Origin: Nitrospinales bacterium
GTDB taxonomy: Bacteria > Nitrospinota > Nitrospinia > Nitrospinales > VA-1
Assembly (NCBI GenBank): GCA_965223345.1
Contig: CBDCWG010000012.1
Span: 32,001 to 96,000 of the forward strand
DNA: 64,000 nucleotides
Direction: 5' to 3'
A program made the position numbers and the translations under genes. The notes under the pieces are model-generated. The model was not told the origin of the DNA, did not search any database, and was given only the letters and a program-made list of their open reading frames with translations. Shown here in pieces: positions 19,585 to 32,259 of the stretch (position 1 is its first letter; each line of letters opens with the position of its first letter).

Positions 19585-20567
19585 AATCCTCGATCATCGC
19601 TTTCATCGCACTCTGGCTCCTTTCGGGTTGCAGCACGACGGGTCACGACTCGAAACGCTGGAAAGCGAAACACGCAAAGAAACGGCAAGCGGCTTCCTGG
19701 GCGCAGTCCAAGAGCCAGCGCCCGCCGCCCAGGCAGACGCGGGTCGCCTACCCCACACCGGCGGCCGGCACGCCCACCGCGTCCTTTCTCGACCGGGACG
19801 ATTCGACATCGCAGCCGCGCCGTGAAGCAACCGGCGTGCAGTGGCCCACGCGCGTCCACCCCAAAGACGGGGCGACGATGGTGTACGTCCACCCCGGGGA
19901 TTACCTTGTGGGGCGGCTCGACAAGCCGGACGGGGTGCTGCGCGCGGATGGAAGCGGGGCACGGTTCGAATCGCTGCCGGGTTTTTACATCGACCGGCTG
20001 GAAGTCACCGTGCGGAAGTTTCAGCAGTTCAAGCCCGCCTACGACGAACGGCCCTATGCGGACGGCGAGCGCTGCCCCGAGTGCCCGGCGATGGGCATCG
20101 ACTGGAATGACGCCGCGCGTTATTGCCAGTGGGCCGGCAAGCGGCTGCCCTCGGAAGCGGAATGGATCGCTGCCGCCCGCGGGTCTTCGGGCGAGGCCTG
20201 GCCCTGGGGCAAACAGTATCTGCCCGAACGAGCCAACCTGCTGGGGCGTGACGACGGCGCGGTGTTCGCGGCGCACGTCGGGTCGTATCCCAAAGGGGCG
20301 AGCCCCGCAGGCGCGCTGGACATGATCGGCAACGTGTGGGAATGGGTCGGCACGGCCTACCGGCTGGCGTCGGACAAAAGCGGCGAGGGCCGCATCCTGC
20401 GCATGGTGAAAGGCGGCGGCTGGGCCAGCCGCGAAAACGCGGCGCGCATTTCCTTCCGCAACCTGGTCAACCCGAACATGAAAAACCCCACCTTCGGTTT
20501 CCGCTGCGCCTGGACGCCCAGTCCGAACGCGAATCCCAAAACGCGGCGCACCCTCACGCGCAAATAA
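19581..20567 (+). CDS. FGE-sulfatase (SUMF1)-domain lipoprotein
   Basis: Lipobox LSGC; motifs FYIDRLEVT, KRLPSEAEW, DMIGNVWEW and GFRCA; GTGA overlap with the upstream gene. Confidence 0.88.
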   Translation: MKSSIIAFIALWLLSGCSTTGHDSKRWKAKHAKKRQAASWAQSKSQRPPPRQTRVAYPTPAAGTPTASFLDRDDSTSQPRREATGVQWPTRVHPKDGATMVYVHPGDYLVGRLDKPDGVLRADGSGARFESLPGFYIDRLEVTVRKFQQFKPAYDERPYADGERCPECPAMGIDWNDAARYCQWAGKRLPSEAEWIAAARGSSGEAWPWGKQYLPERANLLGRDDGAVFAAHVGSYPKGASPAGALDMIGNVWEWVGTAYRLASDKSGEGRILRMVKGGGWASRENAARISFRNLVNPNMKNPTFGFRCAWTPSPNANPKTRRTLTRK

Positions 20568-20579
20568 ACGCCACAAACA

Positions 20580-20614
20580 GAAAAACCCGCCGGAGCGGCG
20601 GGCTTTCCTTTTTT
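20580..20614. terminator. Probable bidirectional intrinsic terminator
   Basis: A-run, then a cccgccg-gag-cggcggg hairpin, then a T-rich run, between convergent genes. Confidence 0.75.
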
Positions 20615-20663
20615 CGATTCCGATTACGACAACGTCAGACTTGAGTCCAGGGACGCGCCGCGG

Positions 20664-23600
20664 TCACGAACACCCGGAGGTCGCACCGCAGGTGAGGCAT
20701 TTGAGGCAGGTGCCGTTGCGCACCAGGGTGAGCTGGCCGCATTCGTTGCAGGGATCGCCCTCGTAGCCTTTGAGCCTGGCGATGGCGGCGGTCGAGCTCA
20801 GGGTTCCCGCGCCCATTTCCTGCGCCCCCCTTTCGGCGAGCGAATCGGCGGACACATCGGTGGCCGGGTTTTCGGGAGCGTGCAAAACGCCGTGGCCGTT
20901 GCCATTGCCGGAATGCGCCTGGGTCACAGGACGGTCCTCGGTCTGCGTGGCGGCGGGCGCGTCGGATTTGGCGTTTTCCTCGCCCTTATCCTGTGTCTTG
21001 CCGATGGCGTCGCCGCGCAGATCGTCGGGCGTCACCTGGGCGAGGTCGTAGCGGCCCAGGTAGTTGATGGCGAGCTCGCGGAAGATGTAGTCGATGGTAG
21101 AGGTCGCCATGGTGATCTGATCGTTGCCGGTGACGATGCCGTTGGGCTCGAAGCGGGTGAACACGAAGGCGTCCACGAATTCCTCGAGCGGCACGCCGTG
21201 CTGCAAGCCCAGCGAGATGGCGATGGCGAAGCAGTTCATCAGGCTGCGGAAGGCCGCGCCTTCCTTGTGCATGTCGATGAAGATCTCGCCGAGGCTGCCG
21301 TCTTTGTACTGGCCGGTGCGCAGATAGACTTTGTGGCCGCCGATGGTGGCCTTCTGGGTGTAGCCGTTGCGGCGGTGCGGCAGCGGTTTGCGCCGCTGTT
21401 CGCGCACCACCTGCACGATCTTCTCGGCGACCTTCAACGGTTCCTTTTCATCGGCGAGTTCCAGTTTCAACTCGCTGAAGTCCTCACTGGCCACGCTGTT
21501 GAGCGGCTGGCTGAGCTTGGAGCCGTCGCGGTAGATGGCGGTGCCCTTGAGCATCAGTTTCCAGCTCAGCATGTGCGCTTTCTCGACGTCGTCGATGGTG
21601 GCGTGGTTGGGCATGTTGATGGTCTTGGAGATGGCGCCGGAGAGGAACGGCTGGGCGGCGGCCATCATGCGGATGTGCGCCTCGGGGCGGATGTAGCGTT
21701 CGCCGTATTTGCCGCATTTGTTGGCGCAGTCGAACACCGGGTAATGCTCTTCCTTGAGGTGCGGCGCGTTCTCGATGGTCATGGTGCCGCAAATCGCGTC
21801 GTTGGCCTCGCGGATCTGCTCGCGCGTGAAGCCCAAGTGCTCGAGCAGGTTGAACTCGAACAGGTTCAACTGGTCTTCGGTCAGCTTCAGCACGTCCTTG
21901 CAGAAATCCTCTCCGAGGACGAATTTGTTGAAGGCGAAGGTGATGTCGAACACCTTGGGCAGCTCGGCCTGGATTTTCTCCAGCACCGCGTCGGTGAAGC
22001 CTTTCTCCTTCAGCGCATCCGGGTTGATGTGCGGCGCGCCGTCCAGCCGGCCCGTGCCCACGCAGTATTCGACGATGTCCTGGATCTGCTCGATGGCGTA
22101 ACCCAGATGCTTGAGGGCGACGGGAACGGACTGGTTGATGATCTTGAAATAACCGCCGCCCGCCAGCTTTTTGTATTTCACCAGCGCGTAGTCCGGCTCG
22201 ATGCCGGTGGTGTCGCAATCCATCAGCAGGCCGATCGTGCCGGTGGGCGCGATGCAGGTGGTCTGGGCGTTGCGGTAGCCGAAGCGCTGGCCCAGCTCGA
22301 GGGCATCGGCCCATTCCTTGGTCGCGGCGTTGTGCAGGTAGGCCGGGCAGTGCTCCGCGGCGACGCCCTGGGGAAAGATGGTGAGGCCTTCGTACTCGTG
22401 CGCGTCGGCGTTCTGCACGGCGCGCCGGTGGTTCCGCAGCACGCGCAGCATGTGTTTCTTGTTGCGCTTGTATTCCTGAAACGGCCCAAGCTCTTTCGCC
22501 ATCTCGGCGGACATGGCGTACGACGCGCCGGTGGTCAGTGCGGTGATGGCGCCGGAAATGGCGCGGCCTTTTTCCGAATCGTAGGGGATGCCGAGCACCA
22601 TGAGCAGCGCGCCCAGGTTGGCGTAGCCCAGGCCCAGGGTGCGGTACTCGTAGCTCTTCTGCGCGATGCGCCGGCCGGGAAACTGCGCCATCATGACGGA
22701 AATCTCCAGCGTCAGGGTCCACAGGCGGCAGGCGTGCCGGTATTTTTCGGTGTCGAAGCGGCCCTCGACTTCATCATGAAAGCGGATGAGGTTGATGGAC
22801 GCGAGGTTGCACGCGGTGTCGTCGAGGAACATGTACTCGGAGCACGGGTTGGAAGCGCGGATCCGGTCTTCCTCGGGGCAGGTGTGCCATTCGTTGATGG
22901 TGGTGTCGAACTGCAGGCCGGGATCGGCGCTGGCCCACGCCGCTTCGTTGATGCGGTTCCAGATGTCGGTCGCGTTGAGGCTTTTGCTCACCACGCCGTC
23001 GGTGCGGTGGGTCAGGTTCCAGGGGCCGTCGCACTCCACGGCGCGCAGGAAATCGTTGTTGAGGCGCACGGAGTTGTTGGAGTTCTGCCCGGAGACGGTG
23101 GTGTAGCCTTCCGAGTTCCAGCAGGTGTCGTACTCTTCGAACTCGATGTCGCGCGCGCCCTGTTTGGCGAGCTGGATCACGCGGTAGATGTAGTTTTCCG
23201 GCACGCAGGCGTCCAGCGTTTTGACGACGGCACGTTTGAGGTCTTTGTTCTTCTTGATGTCGAACCGGTCTTCATCGCTCACGCCCGCACTCCAGCAGGC
23301 CGCAACGATCTTTTTCAGCATGCGGCGGCAGATGCGGCTGCCGGTGGACAGCGCCGCCACCTTGCGCTCTTCTTTGACTTTCCAGTCGATGAACTCCTCG
23401 ATGTCGGGATGGTCGATGTCGAGGGTGACCATCTTCGCCGCGCGCCGCGTGGTGCCGCCGGACTTGATGGCGCCGGCGGCGCGGTCGCCGATTTTCAGAA
23501 AGCTCATGAGGCCGGAGGACTTGCCGCCGCCGGAAAGCGGTTCGCCCGAACCGCGCAGATTGGAAAAGTTGCTGCCGGTGCCGGAGCCGTATTTGAACAG

Positions 23601-24269
23601 GCGCGCTTCCTGCCGCCACAGATCCATGATGCCGCCCTCGCCCACCAGATCGTCCTCGATCGAAAGGATGAAACAGGCGTGCGGCTGCGGATGCTCGTAT
23701 GCGTTCTCGGACTGCTGCAGCTCGCCCTTGTCGGGATTGTAGAAGTAATGCCCCTGGGCGGGGCCTTCCAGGCCGTAGGCCCAGTGCAGGCCGGTGTTGA
23801 ACCACTGCGGCGAATTGGGCGCGGCGTACTGCCTCGCCAGCATGAAACGCATCTCATCGTAATAGTTGCGCGCGTGCGACTCGTCCTCAAAGCAGCGGTT
23901 CTTCCATCCCCAGTAGGTCCAGCAGCCGGCCAGGCGGTGAAACACCTGGCGGGAATCGGTTTCGCGCCCATAGCGTTCGTCCTCGGGCAGCGCGCGCAGG
24001 GCTTCTTCATCGGGCACGGAGGGGCAGAGCCATTCGGGAACGCCGGGTTCCATTTTCTTTTTCAGACGCGCCGGCACTCCGGCTTTGCGGAAATACTTCT
24101 GCGCCATGATGTCCACCGCCACCTGCGACCAGAAATCGGGCACCACCACGGCCTTGATCTCGGAGACCACCGAACCGTCCGCGTTGTTGATCCTGGAAAC
24201 CCGATCGGTGAAGTTGATCCCCTGATACGGGTCCTGGTTTTCGAGAGTGAAGCTTCGGTGGATTTGCAT
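20664..24269 (-). CDS. nrdJ: Class II (adenosylcobalamin-dependent) ribonucleotide reductase
   Basis: Motifs [30 protein letters not shown] and IAPTGTI; a C-terminal TSCPD-like domain ([12 protein letters not shown]) and a terminal CxxC...CxxC ribbon. Confidence 0.95.
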   Translation of the reverse strand: MQIHRSFTLENQDPYQGINFTDRVSRINNADGSVVSEIKAVVVPDFWSQVAVDIMAQKYFRKAGVPARLKKKMEPGVPEWLCPSVPDEEALRALPEDERYGRETDSRQVFHRLAGCWTYWGWKNRCFEDESHARNYYDEMRFMLARQYAAPNSPQWFNTGLHWAYGLEGPAQGHYFYNPDKGELQQSENAYEHPQPHACFILSIEDDLVGEGGIMDLWRQEARLFKYGSGTGSNFSNLRGSGEPLSGGGKSSGLMSFLKIGDRAAGAIKSGGTTRRAAKMVTLDIDHPDIEEFIDWKVKEERKVAALSTGSRICRRMLKKIVAACWSAGVSDEDRFDIKKNKDLKRAVVKTLDACVPENYIYRVIQLAKQGARDIEFEEYDTCWNSEGYTTVSGQNSNNSVRLNNDFLRAVECDGPWNLTHRTDGVVSKSLNATDIWNRINEAAWASADPGLQFDTTINEWHTCPEEDRIRASNPCSEYMFLDDTACNLASINLIRFHDEVEGRFDTEKYRHACRLWTLTLEISVMMAQFPGRRIAQKSYEYRTLGLGYANLGALLMVLGIPYDSEKGRAISGAITALTTGASYAMSAEMAKELGPFQEYKRNKKHMLRVLRNHRRAVQNADAHEYEGLTIFPQGVAAEHCPAYLHNAATKEWADALELGQRFGYRNAQTTCIAPTGTIGLLMDCDTTGIEPDYALVKYKKLAGGGYFKIINQSVPVALKHLGYAIEQIQDIVEYCVGTGRLDGAPHINPDALKEKGFTDAVLEKIQAELPKVFDITFAFNKFVLGEDFCKDVLKLTEDQLNLFEFNLLEHLGFTREQIREANDAICGTMTIENAPHLKEEHYPVFDCANKCGKYGERYIRPEAHIRMMAAAQPFLSGAISKTINMPNHATIDDVEKAHMLSWKLMLKGTAIYRDGSKLSQPLNSVASEDFSELKLELADEKEPLKVAEKIVQVVREQRRKPLPHRRNGYTQKATIGGHKVYLRTGQYKDGSLGEIFIDMHKEGAAFRSLMNCFAIAISLGLQHGVPLEEFVDAFVFTRFEPNGIVTGNDQITMATSTIDYIFRELAINYLGRYDLAQVTPDDLRGDAIGKTQDKGEENAKSDAPAATQTEDRPVTQAHSGNGNGHGVLHAPENPATDVSADSLAERGAQEMGAGTLSSTAAIARLKGYEGDPCNECGQLTLVRNGTCLKCLTCGATSGCS

Positions 24270-24386
24270 AAGATGGCTCCGAAAGAAATGAAGATGGTCT
24301 GGGATTGAAAAAGAGGAAACGCCCCCTCTCAAGCAAGGGCGCAAGGAATGCGGTGCCGCGCTGACTGCCCCAAGAAAATCAACAAA

Positions 24387-24434
24387 CTGCTGTATCTAGT
24401 GTTTCTTTGCACAACTATATACAAGATGTTGGGG
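24387..24434 (-). promoter_or_regulatory. Tandem NrdR boxes
   Basis: ACACTAGATACAGCAG (24387-24402) and CCCCAACATCTTGTAT (24419-24434) resemble the consensus acaCwAtATaTwGtgt. They are 32 bp apart, upstream of nrdJ. Confidence 0.8.
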
Positions 24435-24442
24435 TGGGTCAA
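24414..24442 (-). promoter_or_regulatory. Sigma70 promoter of nrdJ
   Basis: Minus strand TTGACC-N17-TATAGT, overlapped by one NrdR box. Confidence 0.72.
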
Positions 24443-24743
24443 TAAAATTCTGCATGGGGAACCCGGCACCGGTTCACCCTTTCTGCAAAAGCAACTGCGC
24501 TCATTGTGCCGCAAACAAAGCGAAAATAAAACGAAAATTTGAGCAAAAAAATCCGGCCGGGTACCCACTTTCCGGGGCAAGAGAGGGAATGTGGACCTAA
24601 AGCATTGAGGATAGGTTTACAGAACGTGGAGAGTATCGGGAGCGGTCACAGGCGAAACCATTTCGGCGACACCAGAAGCATGAAAAAGCAACCTGCCGGA
24701 GTTGGGTGAGCGGTAGTGGATGGAAAGCGGATGCTCTCGCCGA

Positions 24744-26211
24744 TCAGTTCTCGAGCACCTGAATCTGCACTTTGCCGACGAATTCCATCAACTTGAACGG
24801 GCCTTCGCGCGCGCCTTCGGACAGTTTGATGTGGGTGGCATCGACGAAGTCCTGCCCGAAGGTCGGGTCGAGGGCCCGCCATTCGCCGACGTACACTTCC
24901 GGCCAGGCGTGGTAGAGGAATCCCTGGAACTTGGGTGAGTACACCAGCCCGTTGACGATTTTCGTGGGGATGCCCGCGGCGCGTGCCAGCGCCGTGAACA
25001 GATAGGTGTGCGACTGGCATTCGCCTTTGCGCTGCTTGAGCGCGTTGAGGGCGCTCACCGAGTCCACCAGCGATTTTTCCAGGTTCTTGTACACCCACTG
25101 GTTGATCTTGAGCGACGCCTGCCAGGCGTCGGGGACCTCGCCCACCAGTTCCCTGGCGAGCGTCTGGATCATCCGGTGTTTGGACTGCACTTCCGGCGTG
25201 TCCGCGAGCATCTGAGGATCGCTGAAGGTGGCGACCGGGCGCACGGTGGGTTTCGCCACCTTATCCGGTTCGGTGTTCACGACGATCACGGCGGCGTGCG
25301 TGCCGTCGGCGGCTTTTTCGGAGCGCAGCACTTTCTGCCTGTGGTCCTGCGGGATGAGGTCGGGCGCGCTCAGTTTCGACAGCTTCATCTTGAGCTGGCG
25401 TTTCTCGCCGGGGCGTTTCATCTCTTCGGCGATTTTCACGATGCTGAGCGTGATGAGGCTGCTGATGCTCATCGTGTCGTCGTCCAGATTCTGCGCCACC
25501 TGCTCGGATTCCTTGCGCGACTCGAACCCCTGCGAGGTGACTTCTTTCATCACCATGCCGTTTGCGGTCACCCACAGGGTGGACGTCATGCCCCCCATGT
25601 TGTTGGACAGGACGTAGGTTTCCACGTCGCGGCCTTCGTAGGGGACGGTTTCCTTGCGTAAAACTTCGTAGTGCAGATCGAGCATCATCTGGAACGGTTC
25701 GATGAAGACGGTGCGCTTGCCTTTTTTTCCCACCTGCAACCCGTCTTTGACGATGTTGAGCAGGAACGTGGTGGAAGGCAGGGTGCCGGGGGGGAAAGGC
25801 CACGCTCTGGGTCTTGTCGAACCCGAGCCCGCTGACGCGGTAATTGAGCTTGCCGTCTTTCAGGCTGCCGTCCACCTTCTGGCGGCTGCCCATGATTTCC
25901 TGCAGCAGGGAAAACCGCTTCAACTCCAGTTCACGCGTGAGCTCGGTTTCCTGGGAAAACGTGGTGGTCTGCTTCACGCCCTGGTTTTTCAACTGAAAGA
26001 AAACCTTGGAACTCACGTGCATGGCATCTTCGGTGGTCACGATCTTGGCGAACGAAAAGCCGAGCTTTTTGCCCTTGAAATACGTTCCCATCCAGGCGCT
26101 GGTCTCGCCGGGCTCAAAAATGGAACGCTCGGCGTGCGCGTGGCTTGCGGCAAAAGTTAGGAGCAGAACGAAAAACAGGGCGATGCGGTGGATTTTTTGA
26201 TCGGGTTTCAT
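24744..26211 (-). pseudogene. Exported transglutaminase-like protein gene split by a 1-nt frameshift in a C7 tract
   Basis: The N-terminal frame (signal peptide ...SVAFPP) and the C-terminal frame (GTLPSTTFLL...GECQSH, YHAWPE, LDPT) join if one C is removed from the run at 25788-25794. This may be a sequencing error. Confidence 0.75.
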
Positions 26212-26407
26212 ACCTTTCAGGTTAACACAGGATTGAAAAATAAGGAGACGCATAATGAAGCGAGGCGGCGGGATTTTGCGCGTGCGCTTAGGCGATGCGG
26301 GTGGGTACTATAAAAAAACCGCGGAAAATCAATTCTTTTTTCCATCGCTAACACGGGCTGACACAGGAGCTGATTTTTAGTTAAAATTAAAACAAGATGC
26401 GTGCTAG

Positions 26408-27943
<1,536 letters not shown>

Positions 27944-28040
27944 TCGTGACCGCTTCCGATTCGCCGACGCAGTTCAACCGCCCCACCCTGCGGCAAGCGG
28001 GCCCGGGGCTCCCTGTTCCTCCATCTCGATTCGATACCGC

Positions 28041-29594
28041 ATGAGATCCGACACGCTGCACAACGAAGAAATTCTGATCCTCGACTTCGGTTCGCAATAC
28101 ACCCAGAACATCGCGCGCAAGGTGCGCGAATCCCAGGTGTACTGCCAGATCCACCCGTACGACCTTTCCCTCGACGAAATCAAGAAGTTCAAGCCGAAAG
28201 GCATCATCCTGTCCGGCGGCCCGTCCAGCGTGCTCGCGCCGGACGCGCCGATGTGCGACCGCGGGATATTCGAACTGGGGGTTCCCATACTGGGCATCTG
28301 CTACGGCATGCAGCTCATCACGCACCTGCTGCACGGCTCCGTCGATCCGGCGCCGGAAAGCGAGTTCGGCCGCGCCGAGCTGATGATCAAGGAATTCTCG
28401 CACCTGTTCAACGGCGTCAACAACAAGTCGATCGTGTGGATGAGCCACGGCGACAAGATCTCGAAACTGCCGATCGGCTTCAAGACCACGGCGTTCACCG
28501 CCAACTCGCCCGTCGCGGCGATGGAAAAACCGCTGACGAAAACCTACGGCCTGCAGTTTCATCCGGAGGTGGTGCACACCACCGAAGGGAAGAAGATCCT
28601 GGAAAACTTCATGTTCGGCATCTGCGGCTGCAAGGCGAACTGGAAGACCCATTCGCTGGTCGAATTCATGATCACCGACATCAAAAAGAAGGTGAAAAAG
28701 GCCAAGGTCCTGTGCGCGCTGAGCGGCGGCGTCGATTCCTCGGTGGTGGCGCGGCTGGTGCACCGCGCGCTGGGCAAGAACCTCACCTGCATCTTCATCG
28801 ACAACGGGCTTCTGCGGACGGGGGAACGGGAGAAGGTGGTCAAGACTTTCAAGGAAAATTTTCACATCAACCTGGAAGTGGTGGACGCGGCCGAAGAGTT
28901 TCTCAAAGCCCTGGAGGGCGTGACCGACCCGGAGGAGAAACGCAAGATCATCGGCAACGTGTTCATCGACGTGTTCCAGCGCGAAGCGCCGCGGCTGGGG
29001 AAATTCACCTACCTGGCGCAGGGAACGCTGTATCCCGACGTCATCGAATCAGTCTCGCACAAGGGCCCCTCGGCGGTGATCAAAACGCACCACAACGTCG
29101 GCGGGCTGCCAGAGAAGATGGATTTCAAACTGCTGGAACCACTGCGCGAACTGTTCAAGGACGAGGTGCGCAACCTGGGGCGGGAGCTGGGCATCCCGGA
29201 AGAGATCATCAACCGCCAGCCCTTTCCCGGACCGGGGCTCGCCATCCGCATCCTGGAAGTGGTGACGCGCGAACGGCTGGATGTGCTGCGCGCGGCGGAC
29301 AAGATCGTGCTGGAGGAAATCAAGGCGGCGGGACTGTACAACAAAGTGTGGCAGGCGTTCGCGGTGCTGCTGCCGGTCAAATCGGTGGGCGTCATGGGCG
29401 ACGCCCGCACCTACGAAAACGTGGTCGGCATCCGCGCGGTCACCAGCTCCGACGGCATGACCGCCGACTGGGTGCACCTGCCCTACGATCTTCTGGGCAA
29501 ACTTTCCAACCGCATCATCAACGAAGTCACCGGCGTGAACCGCGTCGTCTACGACATCAGTTCCAAACCCCCGAGCACCATCGAGTGGGAGTGA
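28041..29594 (+). CDS. guaA: GMP synthase (glutamine-hydrolysing)
   Basis: Motifs [36 protein letters not shown] and KPPSTIEWE. Confidence 0.97.
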   Translation: MRSDTLHNEEILILDFGSQYTQNIARKVRESQVYCQIHPYDLSLDEIKKFKPKGIILSGGPSSVLAPDAPMCDRGIFELGVPILGICYGMQLITHLLHGSVDPAPESEFGRAELMIKEFSHLFNGVNNKSIVWMSHGDKISKLPIGFKTTAFTANSPVAAMEKPLTKTYGLQFHPEVVHTTEGKKILENFMFGICGCKANWKTHSLVEFMITDIKKKVKKAKVLCALSGGVDSSVVARLVHRALGKNLTCIFIDNGLLRTGEREKVVKTFKENFHINLEVVDAAEEFLKALEGVTDPEEKRKIIGNVFIDVFQREAPRLGKFTYLAQGTLYPDVIESVSHKGPSAVIKTHHNVGGLPEKMDFKLLEPLRELFKDEVRNLGRELGIPEEIINRQPFPGPGLAIRILEVVTRERLDVLRAADKIVLEEIKAAGLYNKVWQAFAVLLPVKSVGVMGDARTYENVVGIRAVTSSDGMTADWVHLPYDLLGKLSNRIINEVTGVNRVVYDISSKPPSTIEWE

Positions 29595-29615
29595 TGCGCC
29601 TCCTGCAATCCCCGC

Positions 29616-30206
29616 TCACCTCCCCTTTTTCTTTCGTCTGAGATACACGTACAACGCGCCGTCGCCGCCGTGTTTCGGTTGCGCCGGGGTGAAGGCGATC
29701 ACTTTCGCCGCCAGCGGCGGCTCGTTGAGCCACTGCGGCACCTGCCTTTTCAGCACGCCGGTTTCCGGTTCGAAAAAATGTTCCGCATCCTGCCGCACGC
29801 CGCCTCCTTTGCCGGTGATCACCAAGAGACAGCGCCGTCCCGCTTCGTAACCCGCTTCGATGAACCGCGCCAGTTCGTCGTGCGCCTGGATCTTGGAATG
29901 GCCGTGCAGGTCGAGCGTGCCTTCGATGCGGAACCTGCCCTGACGCAGCTTCTCCTCGGTGCGGCGGTCGATGCCGGCGGCGGGCGGCGGTGCTTTGCTT
30001 TCATCGGGGGGTTGTGTCGGGGTCGCGGGGGGCACGTCCGCTTCGCGGTCTGCGGGACCGGCGGGCGCTTCGGGCTCTTCAGAGGACGAGGGTTCTTCTT
30101 TTTTTATCGGCCGCACATCCTGCATGGCCGAGCGCCACAGCGCCTCGTCTTCCGTCTCCGGCGTCTTGGGCTTCTTGCCTTCTTTGTTTTTGTCGCGCTC
30201 CGCCAC
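29616..30206 (-). CDS. Smr/MutS2-domain protein
   Basis: Motifs LDLHG, VITGKG and HGGDGALYVYLRR. Confidence 0.88.
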   Translation of the reverse strand: MAERDKNKEGKKPKTPETEDEALWRSAMQDVRPIKKEEPSSSEEPEAPAGPADREADVPPATPTQPPDESKAPPPAAGIDRRTEEKLRQGRFRIEGTLDLHGHSKIQAHDELARFIEAGYEAGRRCLLVITGKGGGVRQDAEHFFEPETGVLKRQVPQWLNEPPLAAKVIAFTPAQPKHGGDGALYVYLRRKKKGR

Positions 30207-30213
30207 GGGAACG

Positions 30214-32259
30214 TCACCGGGGGCTGGCCGCGATGTTGCCGCCGTCGATGGTCAGGATGGAGCCGGTGGTCTTTTCCGCCAGCGCCAGATCGAGAAACCC
30301 CTGGGCCACGTCGCTGTCGTAGACTTCCCGCTCCAGCAGGTTGTTCTTGAAATAATCGTCGGGCGACAGCCCGCGCGCGGCGGCGCGTTCTTTTATCACC
30401 TGTTCGGTGAACAGGCCGGTGCGCACGCGGTCTGCGTTGACGGCGTTGGCGCGGATGCCCTCCTTGCCGTAATCGAGGGCGTATTGCTTGGTGAGCGCGA
30501 CGACGGCGGACTTGGGCAGCGCGTAGGGGCCGAAATCCTTGCCGGGGTTGAACGCGGCTTTCGAGGCGTTGAACAGCAGCGCGCCGCCGGTCCCCTGCGC
30601 GAGAAAGATCCGCACGGCCTGCGACGCCAGGCTTTGGTGGGCGAAAAAATTGAGATCGAAACTGGCGCGCAGCTCCTGTGAGGACACGTCGCCGATCCTG
30701 CCCTGCACCGCGTTGCCGGCGTTGGAGATGAGGATGTCGAGCCCGCCGTAGGTGCGGATCAATGTCTCAAATGTTTTTGCCACAGCCGCTTCGTCGGTGA
30801 CGTCGCACACGGCGGCGGTCACGCTGGCGCCGGTGTCGTTCACCAGCGCGTCTTTGGCGGCGGCCAGGGCGTCCGCGTCGCGGTCGATGACAAACAGGTT
30901 GGCGCCGTTGACTGCGAACAGCCGCGCGGTGGCGAGGCCGATCCCCGACGCCGCGCCGGTGATCAGCACGATCTTTCCTTGCAGCTTTTTCGGTTTGTTC
31001 TTGCCGAGCTTCGCCTGCTCCAGCGACCAGTACTCCATGTCGAACAGGTCGCTCGCGTTCAGCGGCGTGTACTCGCCGACGGAATAGGCTTTGCGAATGA
31101 TGTCGATGGTGTGCTGGTAGATGTCGGCGGCGATCCGCGTTTCCTTCGTGCTCTTGCCGATGGTGACGAGCCCGGTCCCGGACACCAGCAGCACGCGCGG
31201 CAGCGGATCGAGTTCCTTTTTATCCACGCCCTTTGACTGCTTGCAGGTTTGAAAGTAGTCGCGGTAATCGGCGATGTACGCCTCAAGCGCTTTGGCGGCC
31301 TGTTCACGCAGCCTGGCCGGATCGTCCGCATCGACCCTCAACAGCATCGGCTTCTGCTTGGTGCGGATGACGTGATCGGGCGTCGCCGTTCCCACCTGCG
31401 ACCAGCGTTCGCATTCGGCGCTCTGCGAAAACGCGCGCGCCTCGGGATCCTCGCGGTGGTGCACGACCCAGGAGACGCCGCTCTCGCGCTCGTACAGGCC
31501 GCGCAGCACCGGCGCGAGCGCCGTCAACGGGTCCGCGCCGTTGCCCCCGTTTGCGGGCGTCAGCGATTTCGTTTTTTTGCCCGCTATGAACTTCTCGGCC
31601 TGCGTCACCGCTTCGATGTGCCGGTCGTAGCTCTCCTTCGCGGTCTCACCAAAGGTGAACAGGCCGTGGTTTTCCAGCAGCAGGCCTTTCACCTTGGGAT
31701 CGGCTTCGTAGGCTTCGGCGGCAGCTTTGGCGAGCAGGAAGCCGGGCATGATGTAGGGCACCCAGCCGATGGTTCCGGCAAAAATTTTCTCGCACAGGGC
31801 CTTCACGTCGGGCTGGTTGGCGATCACCAGGATCGCGTCGGCGTGCGAATGATCGACGAATTTGTGCGGCAGAAAAGCGTGCAGCAGCGTTTCCACAGAG
31901 GGGTTGGGTGAAGCGGCGTCGAGCAGGTTGATGCGCTGCTCGTTGACCATGTCTTCATCGCTGAGGCTGTCGAGGCCGCGCAGTTTGAGCAACGGTTCCA
32001 GCTTCACCCCCGGCAGTCCCGGCGGTTCCAGCGTGTCGAGGTCCCAGCCGCTGCCCTTGACGAACAGCGTGCGCACGGCTTCGCCCACGCGGTTTTTTGC
32101 ATCCGACTTCACCGATGTGTTGCCGCCGCCGTGCAGCACCAGCGCCGGGTCGGCGCCGATGAGACGCGAGGTGTAGACGCGCAGGGCGATGTCTTCGTTA
32201 TGGTTGGCATACGTTTTCACCGCGGCTTGCGCGTCGGCGTCGTTCCATCTGTTCTTCAT
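30214..32259 (-). CDS. Bifunctional class II aldolase / short-chain dehydrogenase (RhaD/SDR-like fusion)
   Basis: Aldolase part has HGGGNTSVK, VKGSGWDL, PSVETLLH, HSH, TPDH and EYWSLEQAKL. SDR part has TGAASGIG, SNAG and YALPK. Confidence 0.9.
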   Translation of the reverse strand: MKNRWNDADAQAAVKTYANHNEDIALRVYTSRLIGADPALVLHGGGNTSVKSDAKNRVGEAVRTLFVKGSGWDLDTLEPPGLPGVKLEPLLKLRGLDSLSDEDMVNEQRINLLDAASPNPSVETLLHAFLPHKFVDHSHADAILVIANQPDVKALCEKIFAGTIGWVPYIMPGFLLAKAAAEAYEADPKVKGLLLENHGLFTFGETAKESYDRHIEAVTQAEKFIAGKKTKSLTPANGGNGADPLTALAPVLRGLYERESGVSWVVHHREDPEARAFSQSAECERWSQVGTATPDHVIRTKQKPMLLRVDADDPARLREQAAKALEAYIADYRDYFQTCKQSKGVDKKELDPLPRVLLVSGTGLVTIGKSTKETRIAADIYQHTIDIIRKAYSVGEYTPLNASDLFDMEYWSLEQAKLGKNKPKKLQGKIVLITGAASGIGLATARLFAVNGANLFVIDRDADALAAAKDALVNDTGASVTAAVCDVTDEAAVAKTFETLIRTYGGLDILISNAGNAVQGRIGDVSSQELRASFDLNFFAHQSLASQAVRIFLAQGTGGALLFNASKAAFNPGKDFGPYALPKSAVVALTKQYALDYGKEGIRANAVNADRVRTGLFTEQVIKERAAARGLSPDDYFKNNLLEREVYDSDVAQGFLDLALAEKTTGSILTIDGGNIAASPR

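Noticed and set aside
20380..20520. FGE/C-type-lectin C-terminus as a diversity-generating retroelement target
   Set aside because: No template repeat copy and no reverse transcriptase were seen in the window.
20880..24308. Very long antisense ORFs (1142 aa opposite nrdJ; also 13583-16057, 39391-41394 and 57050-59332)
   Set aside because: They mirror well-supported genes and have no motifs. This is the expected shadow of high-GC codon bias.
24443..24743. Cobalamin riboswitch or small RNA near nrdJ
   Set aside because: There is no convincing B12 box, and the region lies upstream of the predicted promoter.
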